From positions 1-51,284 of the forward strand of contig QHVA01000068.1 in NCBI GenBank assembly GCA_003223425.1: a stretch of DNA of 51,284 bases, read 5' to 3'. Both the position numbers and the translations under genes were made by a program. The stretch is from Gemmatimonadota bacterium (lineage in GTDB: Bacteria > Gemmatimonadota > Gemmatimonadetes > Gemmatimonadales > Gemmatimonadaceae). Below the pieces are notes generated by a model. It did no database searches and had not been told where the DNA came from. It saw only the letters and a list, made by a program, of their open reading frames with translations. Positions within the stretch are counted from its first letter, which is position 1. Each line of letters begins with the position of its first letter. Below are positions 35,847-45,071 of the stretch, in pieces.

Positions 35847-37210
35847 AGGATATTGCCGGGCGCAAGAATTCCCAGCGGATCCAACTCCTTCTTCACGGCG
35901 GTCATCATCGCGATCTGAAGCGGATTCATCTGGAGCGGAAGCCATTTCCGCTTGATCTTTCCGATTCCGTGCTCCGCTGCAACCGTGCCACCGAGTGCAA
36001 TGACTTGCTTCAATGTCTGCTCGATGACTTCTTCTATGGTATTGAGCTCCTGCGTATCACGAGCGATGAAATTCTGATGCGGATGTCCGTTACCGGCATG
36101 ACCGTAAATCACTGACTGGTCGATTCCACGTTCCGCTGCGAGAGCGCGCGCGATACGGATCGCCTCTGCTAGCCTACCGTAAGGTACAGCCCAATCGGTC
36201 GAGACTTTCCTTCCGCCTGCTGCGCGATACTTGCCTCCGCGCTCGTTCATCGTTGACGGAACGCTGTGACGAAGCTTGCGTGCTTCTCTCAACCTCGCTT
36301 CGCCATCGAACACGAGCGGTTCGAAATCTGAGGCGAAGGACTCAATTACATCCCCCCATTTGCCAAGTGTCGAATCAAGATCGTCATGTATTTCTTGTTC
36401 CACGTATACCATTGCAACCGCCCCATCAGGCATGATTCCACCCGAAGTGGCTGCCCGTGCAATGTTAATCGCCTGATCGTCGAAGTACTCGATGCATCGC
36501 GGGTCGAGGATCCGTGACTCTCGAGTTTCCGCCACGAATCTCAGTGCATCCGCCTCGGTCTGAAAAAAAATCGCCAGCCCCACAACGTGAGCCGGAAGAG
36601 GCAATAGAGCGAGCTCTGCTTCCACGATTATACCGAGCGTTCCTTCACTGCCGATAAACCAGTCGATGGGATCGTGGGCAAACGCGTATCCAACGGTGTT
36701 CTTCTCGAGGTTTGTTCTCCGAAACTCCGCTAGCTCGCCGCTGGCGAGCGCCACCTTGAGTCGTTGCACGTGCTTTCGCGTCGCACCGTACTTGAATGTT
36801 CGCGCTCCTGATGCATTGCAGGCGATTGCCCCGCCAATCGTAGACTCCTCTTCACTGGTCGGGTCCGGAGCGAAGAGTAGTCCTGACGCTGCTGCCATTT
36901 TTTTTATGTCACCGACCAAGGCACCCGCTCCGACGGTGATCGTTCTTGCCCCTTCATCGATCGCTGAAATACGATCGAGTGAGCGAAGAGAAAGAAGTAC
37001 CCCCTTGTCCGTTATGGACGCTGCCGTTGTGCTGGTCTGTGCACCCGCACAGGTAATTGGCATCCGGTCGGCCGCAGCCAGCTGCAACAATTCGATGACT
37101 TCAGCAATCGACCCGGGTCGAGCCACCAGCTCGGGAACCAGATGAAGGCCAGAGGCATCTGTTTCATAGGCTTCGCGCACGGCCCTGTCGCTGCTTAGGC
37201 TAACGGTCAC
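35843..37210 (-). CDS. FAD-linked oxidase of the GlcD / D-lactate / D-2-hydroxyglutarate dehydrogenase family
   Basis: PDPTS...TIGGAIACNASG, GSEGTLGII, YGHAGNGHPH, AAEHGIGK, LDPLGILAPG. Confidence 0.9.
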   Translation of the reverse strand: MTVSLSSDRAVREAYETDASGLHLVPELVARPGSIAEVIELLQLAAADRMPITCAGAQTSTTAASITDKGVLLSLRSLDRISAIDEGARTITVGAGALVGDIKKMAAASGLLFAPDPTSEEESTIGGAIACNASGARTFKYGATRKHVQRLKVALASGELAEFRRTNLEKNTVGYAFAHDPIDWFIGSEGTLGIIVEAELALLPLPAHVVGLAIFFQTEADALRFVAETRESRILDPRCIEYFDDQAINIARAATSGGIMPDGAVAMVYVEQEIHDDLDSTLGKWGDVIESFASDFEPLVFDGEARLREARKLRHSVPSTMNERGGKYRAAGGRKVSTDWAVPYGRLAEAIRIARALAAERGIDQSVIYGHAGNGHPHQNFIARDTQELNTIEEVIEQTLKQVIALGGTVAAEHGIGKIKRKWLPLQMNPLQIAMMTAVKKELDPLGILAPGNIL

Positions 37211-38814
37211 CCTGGATGAAAGCAGACAACTGCGGCAGACGATACATCGGGAAGACGAAGCAGCGACTGACGAACGTTTTCGCTTATGTCTCCATCCACC
37301 GAAACTGCGGCCAGTGCCTGGCCTCCCTGCGCCAGCCGTGCCTGATGGTATTCCGCGATGTTGACGCCGGCTTCGCCGAGGAGAGTTCCAACACGACCGA
37401 TCACACCCGGGACGTCATTGTTGGTAAGAATCAGCAGGGTATCACGCGGCTGGACATCGACGTGAAACGCACCGATTCGTGAAAGACGCGCGACCGCTCC
37501 CGGCTGTGCAGTTCCGGCAATCGCGATCTCCTGCATTCCACCGCTCAGTCTCACTTCGACAGCATATGGGCTATCCTGCGCCGCTGTCTCCGTAGTCGAC
37601 AGATCTATTCCTCGAGCTTCTGCACTCGCGCGGGCGTTGATCAGATTGAGCCGTTCCTGCTCCACGGTGCCTTCAAGCAGCCCACGTGCGGCCGATGCCA
37701 GGAGCGCGCTTCTGGCGGCAGTCAGTGCGGCACCGGAGCGTACATCAACTCGTTGAACTACACGCGTGCCTTGCGTCGCCAGGATCGCTCTTCCCACCGC
37801 TGCGGCGCGACGGGCCAGCGTGAGTGCCGGCTCGACCTCGGTCCACTGCCCACCGACGTCGGCAACATTTATCGAGCGTGAGAGTTCCCCACTCACTAAC
37901 GCATCACGCACTGCCATACAAACGTCCACCGCAACGTTGCGTTGCGCTTCCGCTGTTGAGGCACCGATGTGCGGCGTCAGGAGAACGTTCGGAAGCGTGC
38001 GCAAAGGATGGTCAGCTGCCAGAGGCTCCTTTTCATAGGCATCGACGACAGCTCCCAGGAGATGCTTGCTGGCCAGTGCCTCCGACAAGGCTTTTTCGTC
38101 AACGATCCCGCCACGAGCCATGTTCACCACGATCGATTGCCGGGGAAGCCGTGCAATCTCCCGCTTGCCGATCATGCCCTTGGTCTCGTCAGTGAGCGGA
38201 GTGTGAAGGGTCAGAATGCTGGACTGCTCGAGAAGGGTCTCGAGAGATTCTGCTTCGTGAACGCGGAGCGCTTCGAACCGTGATTGAGCGATGTACGGAT
38301 CGTATGCGATTACGTTCATTCCGAATACGCGAGCACGCGTCGCAACTTCTCCCCCGATCCGCCCGAGCCCGACGATTCCGAGGGTTCTCCCCTTAAGCTC
38401 GGAGCCCAGTAAAGCCGATCGCTCCCACTTGCCAGCGTGCATCGAGCTATCCGCGCGCGGGATGTGTCGGAGCAGAGAAATCACCGCCCCGAAAAACAAC
38501 TCCACGACTGCTATAGTGTTGCCAGCCGGCGCGTTGATGACGGCGACGCCGAGAGACGTCGCCGTGTCGAGAGCGATGTTGTCAACTCCGACGCCAGCTC
38601 GCCCGACGACTTTCAGTTTTCGACCTCTCTCCAACAGGTCCGCAGAAATTCGTGTCGCGCTTCGACCGACGATCGCATCGTATTCGGCGATGCGAGAGAG
38701 GAGCTCGTCCTTTTGTAGCGTCGGCACTTCATCGACGACGATCTGCGGCTCAGCCGAGAGGAGCGCTACACCTTCGGCGTCGATCTCATCGGTGACGAGA
38801 ACGCGGTAAGTCAC
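37207..38814 (-). CDS. serA: D-3-phosphoglycerate dehydrogenase (long type I with ASB and ACT domains)
   Basis: VGRAGVGVDNI, GLGRIG, NMARGG, TPHIGASTAEAQ, C-terminal NNDVPGVIG ACT domain; 535 aa. Confidence 0.95.
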   Translation of the reverse strand: MTYRVLVTDEIDAEGVALLSAEPQIVVDEVPTLQKDELLSRIAEYDAIVGRSATRISADLLERGRKLKVVGRAGVGVDNIALDTATSLGVAVINAPAGNTIAVVELFFGAVISLLRHIPRADSSMHAGKWERSALLGSELKGRTLGIVGLGRIGGEVATRARVFGMNVIAYDPYIAQSRFEALRVHEAESLETLLEQSSILTLHTPLTDETKGMIGKREIARLPRQSIVVNMARGGIVDEKALSEALASKHLLGAVVDAYEKEPLAADHPLRTLPNVLLTPHIGASTAEAQRNVAVDVCMAVRDALVSGELSRSINVADVGGQWTEVEPALTLARRAAAVGRAILATQGTRVVQRVDVRSGAALTAARSALLASAARGLLEGTVEQERLNLINARASAEARGIDLSTTETAAQDSPYAVEVRLSGGMQEIAIAGTAQPGAVARLSRIGAFHVDVQPRDTLLILTNNDVPGVIGRVGTLLGEAGVNIAEYHQARLAQGGQALAAVSVDGDISENVRQSLLRLPDVSSAAVVCFHPG

Positions 38815-38909
38815 TGTTGGTAGGGCAGGTTCGAGCTAAATGCTGAGGGCGGGCGGAACGAACGTGCAATATCGCCCGAACTGCCTCGCAGCCACAAGCG
38901 AGGCGTTGT

Positions 38910-39257
38910 TCACGGTTGCATCCACGTTTTCCATGTTTCTTCGTCGGCGCCGATGACAAACCGGTTAGCGTTGCGAACCAGCGGAAGTCGAAGCAGCAGC
39001 GGCTCCTCGGAAAGCTTCTCGAGCCAGTGGTCGTCCGAAAGTTGCGCATAGCGAAGACCCAGCTCGTTGAAACGCTTCGAGCCTCGATCAATCAGTGCCG
39101 ACACGCCAAATTTCTGCGCAAACCGGCGAAGCTCGCCAAGTGATGCCGGACGCTCCATGAGATCTACAAAGTGAGTCTTTACCCGCCGCTCCGAGAAAAA
39201 GCGAAGAGCCTTCCGTGTATCCGGACTTTTTTTGACGCCGAAGATCTGTACTTCCAA
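38910..39257 (-). CDS. ArsC/Spx/YffB-family protein lacking cysteines
   Basis: VQIFG..KS.DTRKALRFF...EPLLLRLPLV...IG.DE. Probable TTG start at 39257. Confidence 0.85.
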   Translation of the reverse strand: MEVQIFGVKKSPDTRKALRFFSERRVKTHFVDLMERPASLGELRRFAQKFGVSALIDRGSKRFNELGLRYAQLSDDHWLEKLSEEPLLLRLPLVRNANRFVIGADEETWKTWMQP

Positions 39258-39311
39258 CCTGGTCGCCCACCTCTCCGCAAAGAGTGAAGCCGGCTCCAAT
39301 ACCTTCTGCCG

Positions 39312-40334
39312 ATGTCAACTGAGGTAATCTATTCGCCTGCCTGGTGGATCCCTGGCGGTCATTTGCAAACGCTTTGGGGAAAGTTATTTCGGCGACAGCG
39401 CCCTGCGCCGACTGTTCTCGAGCGCTGGGACACACCCGACGGAGACTTCGTCGAGTTACATCGCCTGTCGGCTAAGATTGGAGCGCCACGAGTTCTTATA
39501 CTGCACGGCCTCGAGGGTACAGTTCGCTCTCACTACGCTCAGGGACTCCTCAACGAAGCCGCCAGACATGGATGGGGAGCTGACCTCCTGATATTTCGCT
39601 CGTGCGGAACGGAGCCGAACCGCACTCGCCGATTTTACCATTCTGGTGAAACGACGGATACCACGTTCGTACTCGAACGGATTGCGCGGGAGCACGATAC
39701 ATCAGTGCTTGGAATCGTTGGCGTTTCGCTCGGCGGTAACGTGCTGCTCAAGTTCCTCGGAGAGCGGGGCGTCGATTTACCACCTCAGCTCGCCGGCGCA
39801 GCAGCAATTTCAGTCCCGTTTGACCTCGCGCGCTCCGCGATAAGAATCAACCACGGATTTTCACGATTCTATCAGAGGTTCTTTCTGAGCTCCTTGAGAC
39901 AGAAGGCAGAAGCGAAGGCCCGCCGATTCCCGGATATCGCTCCAGCTTATAAAATCTCCGGGCTAAGAACGCTCGAGGATTTCGATGACCTGATCACCGG
40001 TCCTTTACACGGGTTTCAGAATGCGCAGGATTACTATCGACGCTCGAGCTCGCTCCGATTTCTCAAAGATATTAGAGTCGAAACGCTACTATTGAGCGCC
40101 ATCGATGATCCCATGCTTCCTCCCGACGTTCTCGATGAAGTCCGAGCCGTTGCTGGACAGAATCCGTATCTTCACCTGGAATTCTTGGCACGCGGCGGCC
40201 ACGCTGGCTTCATTGCTGGCCCTTGGCCGTGGCGTCCATTTTATTATGCGGAATATCGTGTTGGCGAATTCTTCGCCGCGCAGTTCAAACGTGCTTCCAC
40301 GCCTCGCCAACCAGCCAAACAGGGGAGTCGGTAG
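39312..40334 (+). CDS. YheT-family alpha/beta hydrolase
   Basis: GGHLQT, DGDFV, HGLEG, YHSGET, GVSLGGN, DDPM, GGHAGF. Confidence 0.92.
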   Translation: MSTEVIYSPAWWIPGGHLQTLWGKLFRRQRPAPTVLERWDTPDGDFVELHRLSAKIGAPRVLILHGLEGTVRSHYAQGLLNEAARHGWGADLLIFRSCGTEPNRTRRFYHSGETTDTTFVLERIAREHDTSVLGIVGVSLGGNVLLKFLGERGVDLPPQLAGAAAISVPFDLARSAIRINHGFSRFYQRFFLSSLRQKAEAKARRFPDIAPAYKISGLRTLEDFDDLITGPLHGFQNAQDYYRRSSSLRFLKDIRVETLLLSAIDDPMLPPDVLDEVRAVAGQNPYLHLEFLARGGHAGFIAGPWPWRPFYYAEYRVGEFFAAQFKRASTPRQPAKQGSR

Positions 40335-40336
40335 AT

Positions 40337-41245
40337 ATGCGTCTTCAACCGCTAGCATTCAGATTCGGGGTGATCCTCTCACTCAGTGGCATGGCGTGCA
40401 CCAGTAACAAAGTGGTTCCAGCAACCGATACGCACACGGATCATGGCGCACCGTCTCCGTCGCCTGCAGTAGTAACTGCATCCGACAGTCGAGGACTGCC
40501 GCCGGATGCATCAGGTGCGCTCGCACGCTTGAGTGCTTCACCTAGACATTCAGAGTGGGCGATTATACGTACCGGTGATGGGGATAGTCTACGCACCTGG
40601 GTAGTGTATCCCGAACGAAGCTCCAAGGCTCCGGTAGTCGTAGTCGTACACGAGATTTTCGGACTGTCATCGTGGATCCGTGGCGTCGCTGATCAGCTCG
40701 CCGCCGACGGTTTCATTGCAATCGCGCCAGATCTGTTGACGATGAAGAATCTTCCGGACGGTCCCGACAGCGTTGTTGCGCCTCTAGCTCAAACCGCCAT
40801 CAGAACTCTCGACCCCGCCTGGGTTCAAAAGCAACTCGACGCGGTTGCGCGGTACGGAATGTCTCTCCCCGCAGCACAGAAGAAATACGGAATAGTCGGT
40901 TTTTGCTGGGGTGGGGGAGTGTCCTTCGCGCACGCGGTGCACTCGCCGGGCCTTGGCGCATCGGTCGTTTACTACGGCGTGTCCCCGAAGACAACTGATC
41001 TTCCTTCTGTTCGCGCGCCGGTGCTGGGCCTCTACGGCGGGAACGACGCTCGCGTAGACGCCACAATTCCGCCGGCCGATTCCGCGCTTCGAGCTCTGGG
41101 GCGAATATACGTGCCCACCATTTACACCGGTGCAGGCCACGGATTTCTACGCCAACAGACTGGAATGGACGGCGCCAACATGGCGGCTACCCGGCAGGCG
41201 TGGCCAGCCACAATAGCCTGGTTCAGGAAGTATGTGGGATCTTGA
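40337..41245 (+). CDS. Dienelactone hydrolase-family lipoprotein
   Basis: HEIFGL, APDL, GFCWGG, DARV, GAGHGF, lipobox-like GMAC. Start ATG 40337 with GGGGAG RBS. Confidence 0.9.
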   Translation: MRLQPLAFRFGVILSLSGMACTSNKVVPATDTHTDHGAPSPSPAVVTASDSRGLPPDASGALARLSASPRHSEWAIIRTGDGDSLRTWVVYPERSSKAPVVVVVHEIFGLSSWIRGVADQLAADGFIAIAPDLLTMKNLPDGPDSVVAPLAQTAIRTLDPAWVQKQLDAVARYGMSLPAAQKKYGIVGFCWGGGVSFAHAVHSPGLGASVVYYGVSPKTTDLPSVRAPVLGLYGGNDARVDATIPPADSALRALGRIYVPTIYTGAGHGFLRQQTGMDGANMAATRQAWPATIAWFRKYVGS

Positions 41246-41290
41246 GCATCGCTCAAGTCAGCTTCGCTTCAAGAACGTGCTATCGAGTCC

Positions 41291-41827
41291 GTGACAACTC
41301 TTCCCGTAATCTTCCTCGCCGCGTTCATCGCTGGTCTGATGTTGGCGGTGTTCGCCATGCTTCACGGTGTCGAGCACACGCGGCCAAATCGCACTCGTAC
41401 GCCGTCACCGTTTTTCAATCTGCCTGCGATCGCCGCCTTCGCTGTCGGCTTTGGAGCGATCGGGTACCCGCTTGCATCACGCACGCGACTACCGGTGTTG
41501 ATCATACTGGCCATTGCGATAGCAACCGGCGCGCTTGCAATCAGCGGAATGATCACTCTTCTTGCGCGGTGGGCGCTCCGTGGTGTGGTCACATCTTCAG
41601 CGGGCGAGCACCAGGAGATTCAGGGACAGCTCGCGGTGGTCACACAGACGATCGCTCCTCACGCAACAGGAGAAATCTCCTATGAGCATCTTGGCGCCAA
41701 GGTCAAAATTCCTGCACGGGCTTTAAGCGCGAAGTCGTTAGTCACTGGTGCGGAAGTCGTAATCGACCGAATCGAGGAAGGCGTAGCGTTTGTGGAAGAG
41801 TGGTCAGTCGTCGAACAGCGCCTCTAA
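41291..41827 (+). CDS. Short NfeD-family membrane protein with C-terminal OB fold
   Basis: Three TM segments, then GQLAVVTQTI...GEI...PAR...GAEVVIDRIEEGVAFV. Confidence 0.8.
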   Translation: MTTLPVIFLAAFIAGLMLAVFAMLHGVEHTRPNRTRTPSPFFNLPAIAAFAVGFGAIGYPLASRTRLPVLIILAIAIATGALAISGMITLLARWALRGVVTSSAGEHQEIQGQLAVVTQTIAPHATGEISYEHLGAKVKIPARALSAKSLVTGAEVVIDRIEEGVAFVEEWSVVEQRL

Positions 41828-42123
41828 ATCCCCCGATCTCTCAGTCCGCGTGCGTAGAGCGAAAGCCAGTCTGGCCAGTTGCCACTCAGCTCAAAAAACT
41901 CGTCGAAATAAACCAGACCACTCGCTTCTAGATCCTCAACAAGCTCTGGTAGCATGTCATCTGACGGAAGCGGCCCGAGCGCAATCAGTCCATCCTCGAC
42001 CCGGAATTCTTCATCAGTGAGATTGTATCGCTCATCAATAGCTTTTCGGGTCAGCCCGCTACGCTCGAACGCGCTCTGGCGAATCAGAACTATCACCCGA
42101 TCGTGGGGCAGCTCGAGAGGCAT
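41824..42123 (-). CDS. Acidic hypothetical protein, 99 aa
   Basis: Protein-like ORF filling the gap, divergent from mnmG. No family recognised. Confidence 0.7.
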   Translation of the reverse strand: MPLELPHDRVIVLIRQSAFERSGLTRKAIDERYNLTDEEFRVEDGLIALGPLPSDDMLPELVEDLEASGLVYFDEFFELSGNWPDWLSLYARGLRDRGI

Positions 42124-42179
42124 GAATTAGGTTCGATAAGAGACTAACTAAGTGATACTCTTCGCTTTATCTTAAATGT

Positions 42180-44111
42180 ATGACGCGACCGCAGAATTTT
42201 GAAACCAATTTCGATGTTGTCGTTATAGGAGCTGGCCACGCAGGAACTGAGGCGGCGGTTGCTGCTGCGCGCCTTGGTGCCCGAGTGGGCTTGATCACCA
42301 GTGCTCTCGAAACGATCGGTCAGATGTCGTGCAATCCGGCGATCGGGGGCGTTGCGAAGGGAACCGTAGTTCGCGAAGTCGATGCTCTCGGCGGAATCAT
42401 GGCGAGGGCGACCGATCTGGCGATGATCCAGTTCCGAATGCTGAACCGCAGCAAGGGGCCAGCCGTTTGGGCACCACGTGCGCAATGCGATCGCGGACTT
42501 TACCGCCGGGCGGTTAGATCGCTTCTCGAAACCCAGGCAAATCTGCAGACTGTGCAGGGGACTGTTGCCCGACTTGTCCTCTCGACCGATGAGCGACGAG
42601 TGCTTGGCGTGGATACGCTCGAGGGCAGAAGTTTCGGGGCAAAAAGCGTTGTGATCACTACAGGCACCTTCCTGCGCGGGCGAATCCATATCGGTACCGA
42701 GACTCGCATGTCCGGTGGACGAGCCGGCGAGACCGCGACCACCCACCTCGCCGAGCAGCTCGAACAAGCCGGTCTAACCGTAGCTCGCTTCAAGACAGGA
42801 ACGCCCCCACGCATTGATGGTCGCTCCGTCGATTATTCAGCGTTGGAGATCCAGCAGAGCGAGATCGAACAGTTCGATTATTCGTGGTCACACTTTTGGA
42901 GCGAGAAGCGTCGGACTGGTTCCACTACACGGCATCCAGCGCAACTGCCTTGCTGGATCACGTATCTCGACGCTGAAGGCAAGAGAATCATCAAGGAAAA
43001 CATTGGGAAGTCGGCGATGTACGGTGGCGCGATCTCATCTCGTGGGCCACGCTACTGTCCCTCAGTCGAAGACAAGATCGTAAAGTTTCCTGATGCGGAG
43101 AGGCACCAGCTGTTCCTCGAGCCAGAGGGACACGAAACATCGGAGCTCTACGTCAACGGTTTGTCTACTTCGCTCCCGGCCGAAGTGCAGCTCGAGATTC
43201 TGCGCTCCGTTCGCGGGCTCAATCAAGTCAGAATGAATCGAGCAGGATACGCGATCGAATACGACTATTATCCGCCAACTCAGCTCGATCCTTCGCTGCA
43301 GGTGAAGGCAATACCAGGTCTTTTCTTCGCCGGACAGATCAACGGTACTACCGGCTACGAGGAAGCCGCGGGACAGGGTGTAGTTGCCGGAATGAACGCT
43401 GCGCTCTCGCTGCAGCGAAAACAGCCTGTCGTACTCGGCAGAGAGACATCCTACATCGGGGTCCTGATCGACGATCTTGTCACACGTGGAGTAGACGAAC
43501 CCTACCGGCTTTTTACATCGCGATCTGAGTTCAGACTCACAGTACGCCAGGATAACGCGCTCAGGCGCCTTGGACCTACCGGCATGCAACTTGGCATTTA
43601 CTCAGAGAGGGAAGAAGCAACAATCGAGACGCGCCTCGAGCACGAAGACTCCGCTCTCCGGTTGGCTGGTGCGACCAGCATTCGGCCCGATCAGGCTGCG
43701 CCCATCCTTTCCGTTGCAGGTAGCGCTCCGCTTTCGCATTCGGCAAGAATAGCCGAAGTAGCAAAGCGTCAGGACATTCCACTCGACAAACTCTTCCAGG
43801 CAGTGGGATTAGCGGCGGACTTCAGCGCGGAGGCTCTGGTCACAGCAGATCTCGAAATCAAGTACGCGGGCTACTTCGAGCGCGAGAGAGCGCAGGCCGA
43901 GCGGATGCGACGGATGGGCGCCTTTTCTCTGGACCCCGACTTGGAATACAGTGACATGCGCTCATTATCATTCGAGGCACGTCAGAAGCTTTCCAGTCTA
44001 CGGCCTCGTTCACTCGCCCAAGCTTCACGAATTCCGGGTGTGAGTCCCAGTGATTTGCAGAATCTCGTTATCGAGGTGGAGCGCCGCCGCCGGCTGGCAG
44101 CTACGCAGTAA
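42180..44111 (+). CDS. mnmG: tRNA U34 5-carboxymethylaminomethyl modification enzyme MnmG/GidA
   Basis: VIGAGHAGTEAA, MSCNPAIGG, RFKTGTPPR, GPRYCPSVEDK, AGQINGTTGYEEAA, EPYRLFTSRSEFRL. Confidence 0.98.
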   Translation: MTRPQNFETNFDVVVIGAGHAGTEAAVAAARLGARVGLITSALETIGQMSCNPAIGGVAKGTVVREVDALGGIMARATDLAMIQFRMLNRSKGPAVWAPRAQCDRGLYRRAVRSLLETQANLQTVQGTVARLVLSTDERRVLGVDTLEGRSFGAKSVVITTGTFLRGRIHIGTETRMSGGRAGETATTHLAEQLEQAGLTVARFKTGTPPRIDGRSVDYSALEIQQSEIEQFDYSWSHFWSEKRRTGSTTRHPAQLPCWITYLDAEGKRIIKENIGKSAMYGGAISSRGPRYCPSVEDKIVKFPDAERHQLFLEPEGHETSELYVNGLSTSLPAEVQLEILRSVRGLNQVRMNRAGYAIEYDYYPPTQLDPSLQVKAIPGLFFAGQINGTTGYEEAAGQGVVAGMNAALSLQRKQPVVLGRETSYIGVLIDDLVTRGVDEPYRLFTSRSEFRLTVRQDNALRRLGPTGMQLGIYSEREEATIETRLEHEDSALRLAGATSIRPDQAAPILSVAGSAPLSHSARIAEVAKRQDIPLDKLFQAVGLAADFSAEALVTADLEIKYAGYFERERAQAERMRRMGAFSLDPDLEYSDMRSLSFEARQKLSSLRPRSLAQASRIPGVSPSDLQNLVIEVERRRRLAATQ

Positions 44112-44994
44112 CCGTGAGCTGAGTCGAGCTCCACTCGATCAAAAAGACTGCTGCAGCAATGAAGACACCGCCAATGAGGGTCGCCGTGCTGAACTGATTC
44201 CCGAGGACCAGCACGCCGAGGATGGCAGTGAAGAAGGGTTCGACAGTCGCAATGATCGCCGTTCTCACTGAGCCCAGTACCGACAGGCCTTTGATAAGGG
44301 ATGAGAAGGCAATCACGGTTGATACGAACGCCAGCAAAAGAATATTCACCCAGACTGGAATTGAGCCGGGAATAAATAGCTCACTCGCGAACAATGCTGC
44401 GATCACGAACGAGATTGCCGCTCCGGTTATCAGGAGAAACGTAGCAAGAAGTGCAGGCACGCCTTTCTGCACCTGCCCGAGCGCCGGCAGATAAGCCGAG
44501 TAGAGCAAGGCAGAAGCGAGCGCCAGAATTACACCAATCGGATTAAGCTTCCCCGGTGGTGCACCGACCATGATAGTCACACCGGCAAGAGCCAGCACGA
44601 GTGCGACAATGCGCGCAGGCGTCAATCGGTCAGTCCTGCGTATTGCCGCCAACAGTGCAACCCACGCTGGATAAGTGTAAAACAAAAAAGCCAGCGGCCC
44701 GACGGATATGTACTCCAGCGCGTGAAGACTCAAGTAGGTAATCAGCGCCTGACCCAATCCGCCTATCAACATCAGCTGAACGATTCGCTGCCTGCCAATC
44801 GTGCGTAACTGGGCGGAGCTGACACTTGCGCCGAGAAGCCCTGCAGCCAACCCATATCGCCAAGCCATCGCCGTCAAGAGCGGCATACCGGCACGTGTTG
44901 TCAAAACAGTCAGCACGGAAATGGATCCGAAGCTGAACGCTGATACGATGATCATCAGCGTAGCACGTCCGATCGAAGCTTCTGGCGATTTCAC
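44101..44994 (-). CDS. EamA/DMT-family transporter
   Basis: About 10 TM helices with two EamA repeats (LFYTYPAWV, IATVEPFF). Confidence 0.9.
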   Translation of the reverse strand: MKSPEASIGRATLMIIVSAFSFGSISVLTVLTTRAGMPLLTAMAWRYGLAAGLLGASVSSAQLRTIGRQRIVQLMLIGGLGQALITYLSLHALEYISVGPLAFLFYTYPAWVALLAAIRRTDRLTPARIVALVLALAGVTIMVGAPPGKLNPIGVILALASALLYSAYLPALGQVQKGVPALLATFLLITGAAISFVIAALFASELFIPGSIPVWVNILLLAFVSTVIAFSSLIKGLSVLGSVRTAIIATVEPFFTAILGVLVLGNQFSTATLIGGVFIAAAVFLIEWSSTQLTVTA

Positions 44995-45071
44995 CGCGCG
45001 AATGTAGCGTTAGCCAATATTCAAGGCCATTTTTCGACGTTAACCTTCGCTCAGTATCAACCGCAGATCGA

